A stretch of DNA of 64,000 nucleotides from Octopus sinensis (Eukaryota), in assembly GCF_006345805.1 (NCBI RefSeq), contig NC_043001.1:99696001-99760000 (forward strand). Reading direction: 5' to 3'. Each line of letters starts with the position of its first letter. Within the stretch, counting starts at the first letter, position 1. Made by a program: the position numbers and the translations under genes. Shown here one piece after another: positions 1 through 15,780 of this stretch. The notes beneath the pieces were generated by a model. That model saw only the letters and a list, made by a program, of their open reading frames with translations, had not been told where the DNA came from and searched no databases.

Positions 1-2
1 AT

Positions 3-77
3 CTGTGGAATAAGCTGCCAGATGAGATAGTGAAGATGCTGACGACTGCTCGGTTCAAAGTCTCTTTTGACCAGAAG
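3..77 (+). mobile_element. 3' ORF2 remnant of a CR1/L2-group LINE
   Basis: Translates as [25 protein letters not shown], matching the WN.LP...FK..LD C-terminal motif of this group; runs straight into (TA)n. Confidence 0.6.
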
Positions 78-700
<623 letters not shown>

Positions 701-879
701 TATGATATCCTCCTCCTTTCTTCTCTTTCCTGTATGTCCAAAACACTATACTTGTTCCACGTCCACGCATTGTGTTTTTCTTGTTCATGTTTGGATTCAC
801 TATATATATAAGTGTATATATGTATGAATATGTATGTGGTATATATAAGTATATATATATATATATATATAATATATAT

Positions 880-927
<48 letters not shown>

Positions 928-949
928 TATGTATGAATATATATTATGA

Positions 950-1338
950 GTTGCCAGAGCAAAAAGCTGGCCTCCGTGCCGATGGCACATTAAGCACACC
1001 ATTCAAGTGTGATCGTTACTGCGTCGCCTTATCAGCACTTGTGCTGGTGGCATGTGAAATATTCAAGCGAGGTCATCGCCAGTGCCACTGGAGTGGCTCC
1101 TGTGCAGGTGGCAGATATAAAGCACCATTTTGGCATGTCCGTCGCCAATACCATGAAACTGGCCCTCGTGCTGGTGGCATGCAAAAGCACCCACTACACT
1201 CTTGGAGTGGTTGATGTTACGAAGGGCATCCAGCTGTAGAAACTCTGCCAGATCAGATTGGAGTCTGGTTTGCAAGACCTCAGTCAAATCGTCCAACCCA
1301 TGCTAGCATGGAAAGCGGACGTTGAATGATGATGATAA

Positions 1339-1340
<2 letters not shown>
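950..1340 (+). mobile_element. RTE-LINE 3' UTR fragment or RTE-tailed SINE ending in (GAT)n
   Basis: Same tail (ttaggaagggcatccagctgtagaaac...gcatggaaagcggacgttaaatgatgat) as the RT-bearing copies at 42890-45761 and 56955-58942. Confidence 0.85.
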
Positions 1341-1382
<42 letters not shown>

Positions 1383-1555
1383 GTATATACGTATGTATAT
1401 TATATGTATGTATATATGTATGTATGTATGTATATGTATGTATGTAATATATGTATGTGTGTATGTATATTATATGTATATATATGTATATATATGCATG
1501 TATATATATGTATATCTATGTATATATATAAGTATATGTGTATATGTATGTATAT

Positions 1556-1593
<38 letters not shown>

Positions 1594-1735
1594 ATAGTAT
1601 ATATATGTATGTATATGTATGTTATGTATATATAATATATATATCAACAATTGAGGGTAAAATTAATTAATTAATCAATTTCACCAAGTGTTCAGTATGT
1701 AAAAGGACCATTTAAGGCGAATTCAAAATATTACG

Positions 1736-2372
1736 TTATATAATTAGGGCTTAGTAAAATAAATTACTTTGCCACATACTGAACTTAGTAGAAATAGCAG
1801 CCAAAAAAAATTTTTCTTAGCATTTCTACTACTTAAAGAAAATTTCTCTCAGATAATGTTTACTCTAGACAGCTCACGAAGGTTTGGGGGTAAATACAGA
1901 AAAATATCACAAGTACATAGATCGTTTGAGTACGTCAACGTTTCAAGATTAGCCAAATAAAATCAGCATTTCTTTCGTGGGTGGAATGGGGAGTGCAGAA
2001 TTTTACGCCTGCGCATTTTGAATTTGTTGACACTGTTTAGTTGGAGTGGTTCATCTGAAGCGACAAGTTCGCTGATAGGTAAAGTTCCTTCTTTTTAGTG
2101 TTTCCAAATCCAAATTAAGAAAATTTGAGCTGACGAAAGAAATGCTGATTTTATTTGGCTAATCTTGAAACGTTGACGTACTCAAACGATCTATGTACTT
2201 GTGATATTTTTCTGTATTTACCCCCAAACCTTCGTGAGCTGTCTAGAGTAAACATTATCTGAGAGAAATTTTCTTAAGTAGTAGAAATGCTAAAAAAAAT
2301 TTTTTTGCTGCTATTTCTACTAAGTTCAGTATGTGGCAAAGTAATTTATTTTACTAAGCCCTAATTATATAA
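1736..2372. repeat. Near-perfect inverted repeat: arms 1736-1978 and 2133-2372, 154-bp spacer
   Basis: The arms are reverse complements apart from a few differences in homopolymer runs. A diverged single-orientation relative lies at 33175-33545. Confidence 0.95.
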
Positions 2373-2640
2373 TATATATATTATATATTATATATATATA
2401 TATATAAGTATATATGTATGTATGTATGTATATATATATATAAGTATATATATATGTATGTATACATATATGTATATATATAAGTATATATGTATATATA
2501 TATGTTTGTATACATATATGTATATATATAAGTATATATGTATATATATATGTATATATATAAGTATATATGTATATATATATGTATGTATATATATAAG
2601 TGTATATGTATGTATATATATGTATATGTATGTATATATA

Positions 2641-2953
2641 TGGCATTAGGAAGGGCATCCAGCAGTAGAAACTCTGCCAAATCAAGATTGGAGCCTGGTG
2701 CAACCATCTGGTTCGCCAGCCCTCAGTCAAAATCGTCCAACCTATGCTAGCATGGAAAGCGGAGATTAAATGATGATGATGATGTATGTATATATATAAG
2801 TATATGTGTGTGTGTATATATATATATATATACAGCTGTAGAAACACTGCCAGATCTGACTGGCCTGGTGTAGCCTTCGGGCTTGCCAGACCCCAGTTGA
2901 ACCGTCCAACCCATGCTAGCATGGAAAGCGGACGTTAAACGATGATGATGATG
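2641..2953 (+). mobile_element. Two short RTE-type 3' tails (2641-2785, 2833-2953) embedded in microsatellite
   Basis: Tail consensus plus (GAT)n ends. Confidence 0.85.
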
Positions 2954-3463
2954 ATATATATATATATAAGTATACATGTATATGTACATATATATATGTG
3001 TATGTCTATATATAAGTATACATGCGTATGTATAAAAATGTATATCCATTGGCCAGATTAGTTCATAGTTTATTACACAGATAGACTCGAATTTACATTA
3101 ACATATCGCTGTTTCTGTTCCTTTTTTTCCCTTTTTCCAATTCATTTGCAAATATCCGGCCAGCTTCTTCGACATGGCCCCCCTTATTTTTTCCTTGTAA
3201 TTTTTGTTTTTTTGATAATACCTTTTCTAATGTTTTCCTTTTATTTTTTGAGACTGACCAGATTGGTAATATAGAACTGTTTTAATTATTATTACTGTAA
3301 TTGATGTTTTTTCTCACGTGTTTGTATTGCCATTTGAAATGGTCATATGTAGAAATTAATTTCTAATTTGAACTTTGAACATCTCTTCTCCATTTTAAAA
3401 AATTCTTAGTGGTGTTTTATATAAGATTTTATCTTATATATGCCTATAATGAACTTTTTACTA

Positions 3464-3464
<1 letters not shown>

Positions 3465-3545
<81 letters not shown>

Positions 3546-3667
3546 AATATATATATATGTATATATATATGTGTGTTTATATGTGTATATATTTATGTAT
3601 TTATATATATACATATATATGTGTATATATATATATGTGTATATATTTATGTATTTATATATATATA

Positions 3668-3699
<32 letters not shown>

Positions 3700-3962
3700 G
3701 TGTATATATGTATCTATATATGCATGCATGTGTGTATACATGTATATATGAATGTATATGTATATATGTTATATATATATATATATATATATATTTATAC
3801 ACACATGTATGTATGCATATGCGTGTGTATATATATATATTTATGGGTATTAATACTTTAAATGTACCACATCCTCATGCTTTTTGTTTTTCATTTTTTG
3901 GATTATGTATATATATATATATGTATATATATGTATGTGTATATACTTGTTAATATTATATT

Positions 3963-3995
<33 letters not shown>

Positions 3996-4007
3996 ATATA
4001 TATTATT

Positions 4008-4050
<43 letters not shown>
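3465..4050. repeat. (TA)n/(TG)n compound microsatellite
   Basis: Direct reading of the sequence. Confidence 0.97.
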
Positions 4051-4053
<3 letters not shown>

Positions 4054-4659
4054 ACATTCATATATACCTACTTGCATGCACACATATTTATACATCTTTA
4101 GACCGAGAAACTTGTTATGCCCAGCCAGGGTATGCATTCAAGTTTACAAACACAGTAAGATATATGCAATATACATCACATTTATATGCTGATGAGGATT
4201 TTGTTAAACATTCTTTCTTTTATATTTTCTTTTTAAATTTTTATTTTTTTAATTAAATTTTTTCAGATATTTTCATCATGCACACACACTTCAGTAGGCA
4301 AAGTATATTTTCAGAGCAGTAAAAAAATTTTTTGCAATAATCTGTCAACTGTACAATTAATAACACTAATAACATCAACTAAAGAAAAGGTAAAAAATAG
4401 CTGGTCAACAAAACAAATATAAATTCTTGTGACAATTTTGGTTGGAGACTACCAACTTCTAGGAAAACAGATTTTTCCAGGAGCAAACAATGATTTTTGT
4501 TCTGTTAGAGACATTCTTAATTTAGTGAGTTCAATACAATGTATAGTTTTCCTCTTCACTTTGTTTAATTTCAGAGAAAATTGTGGAGAATAATTTAGTT
4601 GATTAATTTAATGAAATGGTATTATAATTTTGCAGATGATTTTCTTAAGTTTCTATTAG

Positions 4660-5234
4660 AAACACAAGGCCAGCAATTTCATGGAGAAATGATTACTTGA
4701 GTCTAGTGACCACAGAACTTGGCTGCTACTTTATTTTATCAACTCCAAAAACGATGAAAAGCAACTGTGGCAGGATTTGAAATCAGAACATAATGAGCTG
4801 GAACAAATATTGCAAAGGCAGTTTTCCAAAGTGCTAATGATTCTGCCATTGATAGTAATAGTTATTTCTAATTTAGGCACATGGCAAGTAATTTTTGAAG
4901 GAAGGAGGCTAGTCAGTTGCGTTGATCCCAGCCCTTAATGTTATTGACCCCACAAAGGTTGAAAGGCAAAGTTAATTTTGCCTGACTGTAGTAGTAGTAG
5001 TGGCAATAAATGTTTCTAATTTAGATACAAGGCTAGCAATTTTGCAGAAGGGTGTTTGTTGATTTCATCAAGCCCAGTACATAACTGGTACTTGACTGTA
5101 ACAACCCTGCAGAAATGAGAAGCAAAGTTGACTCTAGCAGTGTAACTGCTGATGTAAAGAGTCAGAATAAAGGCTGCAAAGCAGTTTTCTCAATGCTCGA
5201 ACAATTCTGCCAATCCACCACCCCAATGATAATG

Positions 5235-5267
<33 letters not shown>

Positions 5268-5560
5268 TAATGATGATGATGATGATAATAATAATAGTAA
5301 TGATAATGATTTCATTTATTTGCCACAAGGGCAGAAGATGTGGCAATAATAATGATAATAATAATAATAATAATAATAATCATAATAATAATCCTCTCTG
5401 CTATAGGCAAAAGGCCTTACATTTTGGGGGAGGAGCTTGTCAATAACATTGAGCCCAGTGCTTGACTGGTTCTTATTTCATCAACTCTGAAAGGAGGAAA
5501 GGCAGTCGACCTCAGCAAAATTTGAATTCAGAATGTAAATACAGAAAATACTGCTAAGCT
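4660..5560 (+). mobile_element. Cluster of about four decayed copies of a SINE-like family (aggcacaaggcc...gaaaggcaaagtcgacctc), interspersed with (AAT)n
   Basis: Recurring segments match the better-preserved copies at 59355-60000. Confidence 0.7.
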
Positions 5561-5595
5561 AATAGTAATAACAACAATGATGATTGTAATAATAA

Positions 5596-5638
<43 letters not shown>

Positions 5639-6302
5639 TAATAAATTTTGAGTACTAACAGATATGATATTGGTAATAATTATGATAAAATTAATGTAAA
5701 AATTAAAAAAAAAAACAAATATTCAGAATATAGTATGTTTTGTAAGTTATTTAATCAGCTTCAGTAAAAATGTTGCCTTTAGTTAAACTTTAAGCTACAT
5801 TCTGATAACATTCAATAGAAATGGCAGTCCAGAGACAGAAATAAAATGAAACAAAACAGAAGGAGGAAAAGAAAATCAAAATAAAGAAAACATGTTAAAC
5901 ATTTTGCACAATTAAAAATTTGTAACGATTTTTATATAATTAAGTCTTTTGTAGTTTTTTAAATATATATAACCAAACGCAAACAACTATGCTGGTTGAC
6001 ACTTGGTGAAATGTCCACTGATATAATGAAATGTACATATATATACACATATAAACATACACATATATACACGTACATGCATATCTGTGTGTGTATGTAT
6101 GTGTGTGTGTATATATTTACACACACACATACACACATATATACATAGATACATATATATGTATACATACATATATGTATATATACATATGCATATATAT
6201 GTATACACACATATATATATTAGAATATTTGTATGTGGGTGTATATACACACATGCATACACATATATATAAATATCTATATGCATGAGTGTTGTGTGTG
6301 TG

Positions 6303-6305
<3 letters not shown>

Positions 6306-6366
<61 letters not shown>
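6306..6366. repeat. (GA)n microsatellite
   Basis: Direct reading of the sequence. Confidence 0.98.
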
Positions 6367-6369
<3 letters not shown>

Positions 6370-6669
6370 TACAAAATGTCAAAGTAAAAACTATTAAATT
6401 TATTTTGAAGAATTTAATTTAAAAAAGAAAAATAATGGTGAAATTTCAAACAACACTGGAGCTTCTGAAAATGTCATGGATGGCATCATAGTGTGAAATA
6501 TATTTTACTATTTTTAGCACAGATGTGTATAAATATAGAAACTTTAATTTTTTTTAAATTTCTGTTATTTTTTTTTTCCAACTTTTTTTTTTTGTTTCCT
6601 GTTCTTCTTTTTACTGCAAACAAAATGTTTGTTCTGGTTAGAATTTAAAAATTAAATTGAGAAAGATGA

Positions 6670-6670
6670 C

Positions 6671-6708
<38 letters not shown>

Positions 6709-6722
6709 TAGTATATGTATAA

Positions 6723-6761
<39 letters not shown>

Positions 6762-7464
6762 ATATATATATATATTATATATATATATATATTATGTATA
6801 TATATGTATATTATATATGTATATATATAATGTATATATATATATGTATATATATATATATGTATATATATATATGTATATATATATATGTATATATATA
6901 TATGTATATATATAGTATTATATATGTATATATATATATGTATGTATATATATGTATATATATATTGTATATATATGTATAATATATTTATATATGTATA
7001 TATATGTATATATATATAATTATATATTTATATATGTATATATATATATTTATATATGTTTATATATGTATATATATATTTATATATGTTTATATATGTA
7101 TATATATATATATATTATTTATATATGTTATATATTTATATATGTTTATATATGTTATATATATATATATATATATGTATATATGTGTATAATATATATA
7201 TAATTATATATGTGTATATATATTTATATATGTGTATTATATATAATAATATATGTGTATATATATATATGTGTGGTATAGTATATATATATATATTTAA
7301 TATGTTGTATATATATTATATATGTATATATATATTTATATATATTATATATATTTATATGTGTATATATATATGTATATATTTATATATGTATATATAT
7401 AAATACACATATATATTTATATATAGTATTGATATAAATACATATATATATATTTATATGTTTA

Positions 7465-7495
<31 letters not shown>

Positions 7496-7843
7496 ATGTT
7501 TATATATGTATATATATATATATATGTTTATATATGTATAATATATATAATATTATAATATTATATATATATGTTTATATATGTATATATATATATTTAT
7601 ATATGTTTATATATGTATATATATATATATATTTATATATGTTTATATATGTATATATATATATATATATTATTTATATATGTTATATATGTATATTATA
7701 TATATATATATATTATATTTATATATATGTTATATATGTATATATATATGTTTATATATGTATATATATATATTATATATATATAATGTTTATATATGTA
7801 TATATATATGTTTATATATGTTTATATATGTATATATATATAT

Positions 7844-7883
<40 letters not shown>

Positions 7884-8660
7884 TATTTATATATATAATG
7901 TATATATATGTATATATGGTTATATATGTATATATATATTAATTATGTTTATATATATATATATATGTATATATGTTTAATATATGTATATAATATATAT
8001 ATTTATATTATGTTTATATATGTATATATATATTGTATATATATATATATTATATATGTTTATATATGTATATATATATATATTTATATATGTATATATA
8101 TATTTGTATATATATATTATTTATTATATGTTTATATATGTATATATATATATATTATATATGTATATATATAAATACACACACACATATATGTATATAT
8201 ATATATTTATATATGTATTTATATAAATACGCACACACATATATGTATATTATACAAATATATAGATAGACACAGACACACAATCATTATATATAAATAT
8301 ATGCATAAATATATATTCACACACATATGTATATGTGCATATATATATGTATTTTAATGTATACATATATAGTATATAAATATATGAATAAATATATATC
8401 CACACACACATATGCGCATGTATATATATATATGTATATATAGATACTTATTTATATAATTTTTGTTTATATGCACTTATATATATGCATGCATAAATGT
8501 GTATACATGTATGTGATCAAATACCTATCTAAGTTTGCACGTATATATATATGTGTGTGTGCATAAATAGATAGGTATATGATTACATACATGTACGCAC
8601 TCACATTTACGTATGCATGTATATATGTATATGAGTGTGTGTGTGTGTGTGTGTGTGTTT
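6670..8660. repeat. About 2-kb degenerate (TA)n low-complexity tract
   Basis: Direct reading; source of many YI-repeat pseudo-ORFs. Confidence 0.97.
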
Positions 8661-11394
8661 TGAGGGAAAGAAACTGAGGAAAGAATTAACTAATTAGTTG
8701 CGTAAATTACAGTTAAGATATCACTGATGTCTCGGATTTCTTGACCACAAATTACAGCTGGTCAGTTGGCATGAGGTCCAGCCAGCAGCCAGAATAAAAG
8801 AAAAGAAAGGACCATCTTACTTTATTTTAGCTCATAGCCGGGTCCCTTGCTCACTGACACTGTCAAGAGACTACTATAATTGCTTACTTCACCATAACAC
8901 TATATACATATAAAGACACACACATATATGTGTACATATAGACATATACATATATAAAGACACACACACATACACACGCAACAGCACGCACAAATACAGG
9001 TATATCAAATGCCATAGTACTTAAATCCTCAGTCTGTTAAAATCAACACCACCCTTACAAGAGGTTACAATTAACAAATGGCAATTGAGACCAGTTCTGT
9101 TTGAGGTGAGAAAATCTCAGGAATTAAGATTTCTCCAAAGCAGACATGCCATTAAGACTTATTGTCTGGAAGTCAACAAATGTCTCGTTATCTCCAGACA
9201 ATGAACCTTCCCTTAACGGCTTCTCTCCTTTGAAGAATTCTTGATTCTTGAAATTTTATTTCCTTCTCATGTCCCAACTGCTATTTACAAAATGTGACAT
9301 CTTGATGCAACGATAATTTTTAAAAAATAAGAATTTATGTTGTTTAGTATTTAATATACCTGTATTTGTCTATGTTGTTCAAATACATATCACTAACCCA
9401 TTCTGAGTTATTTCTCTTAGATCATTTTTGTTTTATATATACAAATGAATTATAGATACATACACACTCACACACACATATATATGCATATATATATATA
9501 TATATAAATATTTATTGTTCAGTATATCAACTTAGGAAAGTAAGTGTTTTTGTGTGATTGTGTGTGAGCTGAGGAAATATACAATGAATATCTTTGAATA
9601 GTTTTAAAATTCCCATTCTCATTAATTTGCTTGTCAGAACTCAATACAAACAATAGAGTATGCAGCATTCATTGAGTTTTGTTTGAAAACCTTTTGAGTA
9701 TTGTATTCTGATTAGTTTGTGATTATCTTCAGAAGTGCTACAGTCAACAGGGAAGCATCTAGGCACAAGATGATGAGATACTGCATGTTATCATAGCAAC
9801 AACTGTTTCATTCTGCCCTATTTCACATGGTTTTCTTAATATTTCTCATAGTTTACTCTAATAATATCTGGCAGTGTTCAATTTTCTGATTTGCTGAAGA
9901 CTGGTTTAAGTGTTATACACTACACTACATACATACACACACACACACACACGCAGTGGTGATGGTGTATCTCTTCGTTCAAAATATTGGTCATGATGAT
10001 GTTATTACTATCTTGTAAGACTAAACATGGATCTATATATGTTAATGTATTTGTCAGTGTCTACAATATTGGACCAGACAAATTATGTGCAAGTGTTTTA
10101 TTGAGTTAATTATTAATGTGTATTTTCTTTTTACTATCCTCTTAAATAGAATTATGTGTGTTGTGACTGTTTTGCTTGACTGCTGTAGAAATAACTAAGT
10201 CAATGTATCTGGAGTTGGTTTGGCCATAAAATAATTCTCTGATATTATAAGTGTAACCAGATGGGTTAGAATATTAGATGGTATAAAATGTTGGTATCAT
10301 TATTTTTCTCATCCAGTGCTCTTATGGCAACAATATGGAGAGAGTTATTTATATTATTATCATTATTATTATACCGCTCCCACAAAATTTCAGGCCTTGT
10401 GCCAAGAGAGAAAGGATTATTATTATCATTATTATTATTATCATCATCATCATGATAATTATTGTGGTATGAGTTGTTAAGATGTAACCTATCTAAGTAT
10501 GGTTGCATTCTATATGAGTTTGTCAAGGGAATACAAACACACATACACACAGAATGGATATATAATTTTAATAAATCACAAATTTATGCTTGTATTTGCC
10601 TGTATTGTTCATATATATATGTCACTGGCCACATTGAGTTGAATCACTAAGCTCTTTTTAGTTCACACGCACATTTTTTTATCTATATCCTTACATTAAC
10701 TTTTATAACTTCCCCCCACCCGCATCATTCTTTTTATCTTCCATTTATTGCACATTTGTATTCACACACATCTTACTTCCACACTATTCTACATGCATAC
10801 TTACAGACATATGCACCAACATTCTCACTATCCAACATCATTATACTTCTAAACACTCATACCGCTACACACACACACACACACTTACATTTATGCCTGT
10901 TTTAAAATGGATACATTCTGTATGTATGTTTGCAGACACTTTTCTTCATTCCTTTTTCCCTGCATAGAATCACATTCCCAACTGGTTTCTAAACACTTGC
11001 CTCTTGTTTCTCGACTCAGCCACTTTTTCTCTCTCACACCCTTTGCTTTGCATTTATACATTTCTTCTGATGAACAACTAACATCCAAAAGACTCAGGCT
11101 TTTTCTTTAACACTTCCATTAGACATCTAAAATATTTGTAAAACCTTGTCTCTACTGTGCTGTCTTTCCCTTTTTTATTTTTCTTATCTGACTTCTTAGT
11201 GTGTAAGTGTGTGTACACATCTATATATATATATATACGTGTGTGCATGAGCATATATATATACACATATATTTGATATTTCTATATATAAATGCATATG
11301 TGTTTGTGTGTGTATATATATAAATATATATATATGCACACACACACACACACACAAATGCACATATATTTATGCATGTTTTTGTGTATAGTGA

Positions 11395-11650
11395 ACATGC
11401 ATGGCCTAGTGTTTAGCGGAGTTGCACTCATGATCTAGCGATCAAGATTTCACTTTTCAGATTAGGCAATACATGTTCTTGAATAAAATACTTCATTTCA
11501 CATTGCTGTGTGATTATTTTGACATCTGATGTGATATACATGTGCACCATCAGAGACAATGTCGATTTGATGGAAATAGTGAGCTAATGTGCAATAAATA
11601 GATTTGATCACTATAAATAAATCATCTTTAAAGGTTGGTCAGCAAAAACT
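11395..11650 (+). mobile_element. Decayed tRNA-derived SINE
   Basis: Head catggcctagtgtttagcggagttgcactca resembles the head at 36768 and the better-preserved heads at 51110 and 61476. Confidence 0.55.
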
Positions 11651-11832
11651 GAACATTATCTTTGACTGGAGTAGCTATCATGTCTATCTATCTATAGACA
11701 AAGATGCATATATATATATATATGTGTGTGTGTGTATGTGTGTGTGTGCGAATGCATATGTAATTTTATATACATATATATATGAATATGTATGCAGGTA
11801 TATTTATACATGCATATATGTATCTATGCTCT

Positions 11833-11895
11833 AAAGGCGGTGCTCCAGCATGGCCGCAGTCAAATGACTGAAACAAGTAAAAGAGTAAAAGAGTA
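11833..11895 (+). mobile_element. 3' tail of SINE family A
   Basis: aaggcggtgctccagcatggccgcagtcaaatgactgaaacaagtaaaagag, identical to the tail at 42748-42800. Confidence 0.85.
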
Positions 11896-12029
11896 TATGT
11901 GAGTGTGTTTGTGTGGTGGTGTATATATGTATATATATATATATATATATTACACCTACCTGTATATCTGTGTGTATGCATGTATGTGTGTGTATCTATA
12001 TCTATCTCTGCATATATATATATCTCATT

Positions 12030-12650
12030 ATTATCACGTTTAACATCCGCTTTCCATGCTGGCATGGGATGGACGGTTTGACTGGGGTCTTGGAAGTCAG
12101 GAGACAGCACCAGGCCCCAATATGATCTGGCAGTGTTTCTACAGCTGAACGCCAACCACTCTGAGAGTGTAGTGGGTACGTTTTACATGCCACTGGTACA
12201 GGGGCCAGAAGGGGCTGGCAACGACCATGATCGGTTGGTGCTTTTTATGAGTCACTGGCTCGGAAGCCAGTCAAGGTGGCACTGGCATCTGTTACATTTG
12301 GATGGTGCTTTTTATGTGCTACTGGCATAGGGATCACAACTACAATTTCCATTTGATTTTGATGTATTTGACTCAATAGGTCTCCCCAAGCATGGCATGT
12401 CACCCTACGATCCAAATGTACTTTTGAGTGGGCTGGTTATGCGACACTGGTGTAGGTTACAGCTGTGAACTCACTTTATTTGCCAGGTCTTCTCAGTCAC
12501 AGCATATCTCTAGAGGTCTCAGTCTTTCAGCATTGCCCTTGTGAAGCCCTGTGTTTGAAGGTCATGCTTCACCACCTCATCCTGTATCTTCCTGAATCTC
12601 CCTCCACCCTGGATTCCTTCAACTGCTTGGGAGTGGCACTTCGTCACACA
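12030..12650 (-). mobile_element. RTE LINE 3' fragment
   Basis: Reverse-complement tail plus the end of the ORF (EVVKHDLQTQG-like). Confidence 0.8.
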
Positions 12651-12809
12651 ACTCTCCTCATCCCTCTGTAGTACATGACCATATCCTAAGACAAGAAAGA
12701 ATTGGCCATGTCAATTTTATATGTATAGATATATATGGCAGATGAAAGATGGATGATGGAATATATAGATATATATATATGTATGTATACATATATACAT
12801 ACATACATT

Positions 12810-12858
<49 letters not shown>

Positions 12859-12940
12859 GATATGAGTGGTGTATGGAAAATCTTGAGCCTCAAAACATGG
12901 TACAAGAGACTTCAAGGCTCAAAACTTTACATACACCCCT

Positions 12941-12972
<32 letters not shown>

Positions 12973-13294
12973 AATATAATATATAGAAATAATATATAGA
13001 AATAATAATGTATATGACTTAAGATTCTTATCTTGCATTAGTGTTTGCAAAACAATATGTCCTATATAACAAATATTTATCCACTATTTCAGAAATCTAC
13101 GATGGCTCCATAACTCCCATCTCAGTTATGAGCTTGGAGCCCTGGTAATCCATTACAGAACTTACCCAGTGTACCTAGTCATTTAGATCACCTGTGAACT
13201 AAACATATTTTGTGTTTGTATATATATATACAAATGCACACACATATTTATATATGTATACATGTATAATATTTAATTTTTAATCTTTAAATTG

Positions 13295-13790
13295 CTTCAG
13301 CTTCAAAGCTTCAGCCATGCTGGGGCACTACCATTGACTGTGCTATACAATTATTTGAAACCTCCTCTGTTATATGGCATTTGGTGAATGAGGGAGTTTG
13401 ATGCCACTGCCTTCATCTGTATCTCCTGCAGTGGAGTAGGCTCATCTGGAACACTTGACTAGAGGAGATCCAGTTTTGTTTTGAAGATACCAACATCCAC
13501 ACTATGCAGGTCTTAGACATTTTGGAAGGATATTGAAGAGCTGTGAGCCCTTGAAACCCAAGCTGTTGCATTTTCTGATCCTGTATTTTGATGGAGATAC
13601 TGGGGTCTTTGGCACTATGCAGTAGTGCCCCTGTTCTGTTGTTTGTGGAACTGTCAGTGCCAAAATTTGGGACAGGGTCTTCCAGAATTTTCTAGGTGTA
13701 TATCACTGCATATCTTTCCCACCTCCATTTTAGGGAGAATAGTCTTAACTCTTTAGTCTTTACCAGTAGCTGATACATTGCATGGAAACT
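13295..13790 (-). mobile_element. CR1/L2-group LINE 3' fragment
   Basis: ORF 13692-13913 contains LRLFSLKWRWERYAVIYT, homologous to LYSLERRRERYAVIY; carries the 3' stem-loop tail at 13295-13332. Confidence 0.8.
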
Positions 13791-13987
13791 ATTTTCTTTG
13801 TGTGTGTAATATATATACATATATAATATGTGTGAGAGTGTATTTATATATATTAAAGTGTATATATATATATATACACTCACACACACACACACACATA
13901 TATATATATACATAAGTAGTAAGTATTAAATTAAATTAAAATTCTTTTATATGGTGGATGAAGGGGCCTACTATCTTTAATGAAATA

Positions 13988-14032
<45 letters not shown>

Positions 14033-14034
14033 TT

Positions 14035-14340
14035 GGGCAAGTGTCTTCGTTAGCCTTGGGTCAACCAAAGCTTTGTGAGTGGATTTGATAGACAGAAACT
14101 GAAAGAAGCCTGTTGTATATATATATATATATGTATGTGTGTCTGTATTTGTCCTCCCAACATTGCTTGAAAACCGATGTGGGTGATTTTACACCTCCCA
14201 CACCTTTGCCGTTTGAGACTGATAGAGTAAGTACTAGGTTTACAAAGAATAAGTCTTGGAGTTGATTTGCTTAATTAAAAGGGGTGTTCCAGCATGCCTG
14301 CAGTCAAATTACTGAAACAAATAGAAGAAAAAGAATACAT
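14035..14340 (+). mobile_element. SINE family A, 5'-truncated
   Basis: Matches 42490-42800. Confidence 0.8.
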
Positions 14341-15179
14341 ATATAGTTATTTATATATAGTTATATGTATATATATTTGTATATATATTTATACAAAAAT
14401 ATATTTATACATATATTTATTTATATATAGATATTTATTTATATATACATATCTATTTGTGTGTGTGTGTATATATATATTTATTTACTTATATATAATT
14501 ATCTATTTGTATATATATATATATACACTAGCACCTAAGCCTGGTTTCACCCGGTCAATTTGGATGATGTAAATGTAAAACCTGCTCTGTGTCAGCATTC
14601 AACTTGTTTGGGCATGCTTAGGTTAAAAAACAATTTTAGAATGACTTTTTTCTGTCAAAACGCTGAAAATAACTGACCAATGTAAAAAGAACTAACCAAG
14701 ATTCAACTAAATAAAAAAAAAATAAACGCAAATACTAAGCAAGCAAAGATGAACAATCCGACTTCCATTCCACACACACACATTCACAACCCCCTCCCCC
14801 ATTTACATACACACATGTTCACACAGAGTTGAAATGCTGTTTGATTTATTTTACAATTTTCATCATCCCACTACCAAGTGTGATATCACCCCTTCCTTTC
14901 TTATTCATCTCTCACCCCTTCCTTTCTCATTCATAAACACAAGACTATTATTATAGTAGATGATCTTGGTAACAATAAGAGCTATGAAAAAATACAAAGC
15001 CCAGCATCACCACCAGATCATTCTATACATCTGTGCAATTTTTTGCGCAATTCCTCCCAGCAGTTTCACTATGAATTCCAAGACAAATTTATATGTATAT
15101 ATACATATATGTACATATAAAATTGCATTATCAAACATTCTTTCATATATAATTCCACTTGTGGGTACCTTACTTCACT

Positions 15180-15201
15180 TTGTTATATATATATATACAG
15201 T

Positions 15202-15234
<33 letters not shown>

Positions 15235-15235
15235 T

Positions 15236-15267
<32 letters not shown>

Positions 15268-15780
15268 TATATATACATTTATATATATTTATATATATAT
15301 ACAGTTATATATTACATTTATATATATATATATATATATATAATATACAGTTATATATATATATTTATATATATGTATACATACATTTTATTATATATAT
15401 ATATACATACATTTATTTATATATATATATACATACATTTATTTATATATATATATATATATTTAATACATTTATATATATATATATACAATACATTTAT
15501 TTATATATATATACACATACATTATTTATATAATATATACACATACATTTATTTATATATATCTACACATACATTTATTTATATATATCTACACATACAT
15601 TTATTATATATATACTACATTTATTTATATATATACATACATTTATTTATATATTATACATTTATATATATATATATATACACATTTATTTATATATATA
15701 TATATTATTTATATATATATATATACACATTTATTTATATATATATACATTTATTATATATATATGTATGTATGTATGTA
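15180..15780. repeat. TA-rich compound microsatellite (tacatttatttatata units)
   Basis: Direct reading of the sequence. Confidence 0.95.

Noticed and set aside
3075-3290. Lys-rich minus-strand open frame of about 60 codons
   Set aside because: Explained by T-rich low-complexity sequence; no start or splice support.
9040-9300. Unique, moderately GC-rich island with short open frames (e.g. minus strand NQEFFKGEKPL...EKS*)
   Set aside because: Weak acceptor, upstream in-frame stop, no linked exons.
13093-13170. Possible small exons (plus strand IYDGSITPISVMSLEP; strong minus-strand donor at about 13160)
   Set aside because: No phase-compatible partner exons found; the minus-strand candidate has stops in all three frames.
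14950-15110. Unique island with open frames on both strands
   Set aside because: No convincing donor/acceptor pair or recognisable motif.
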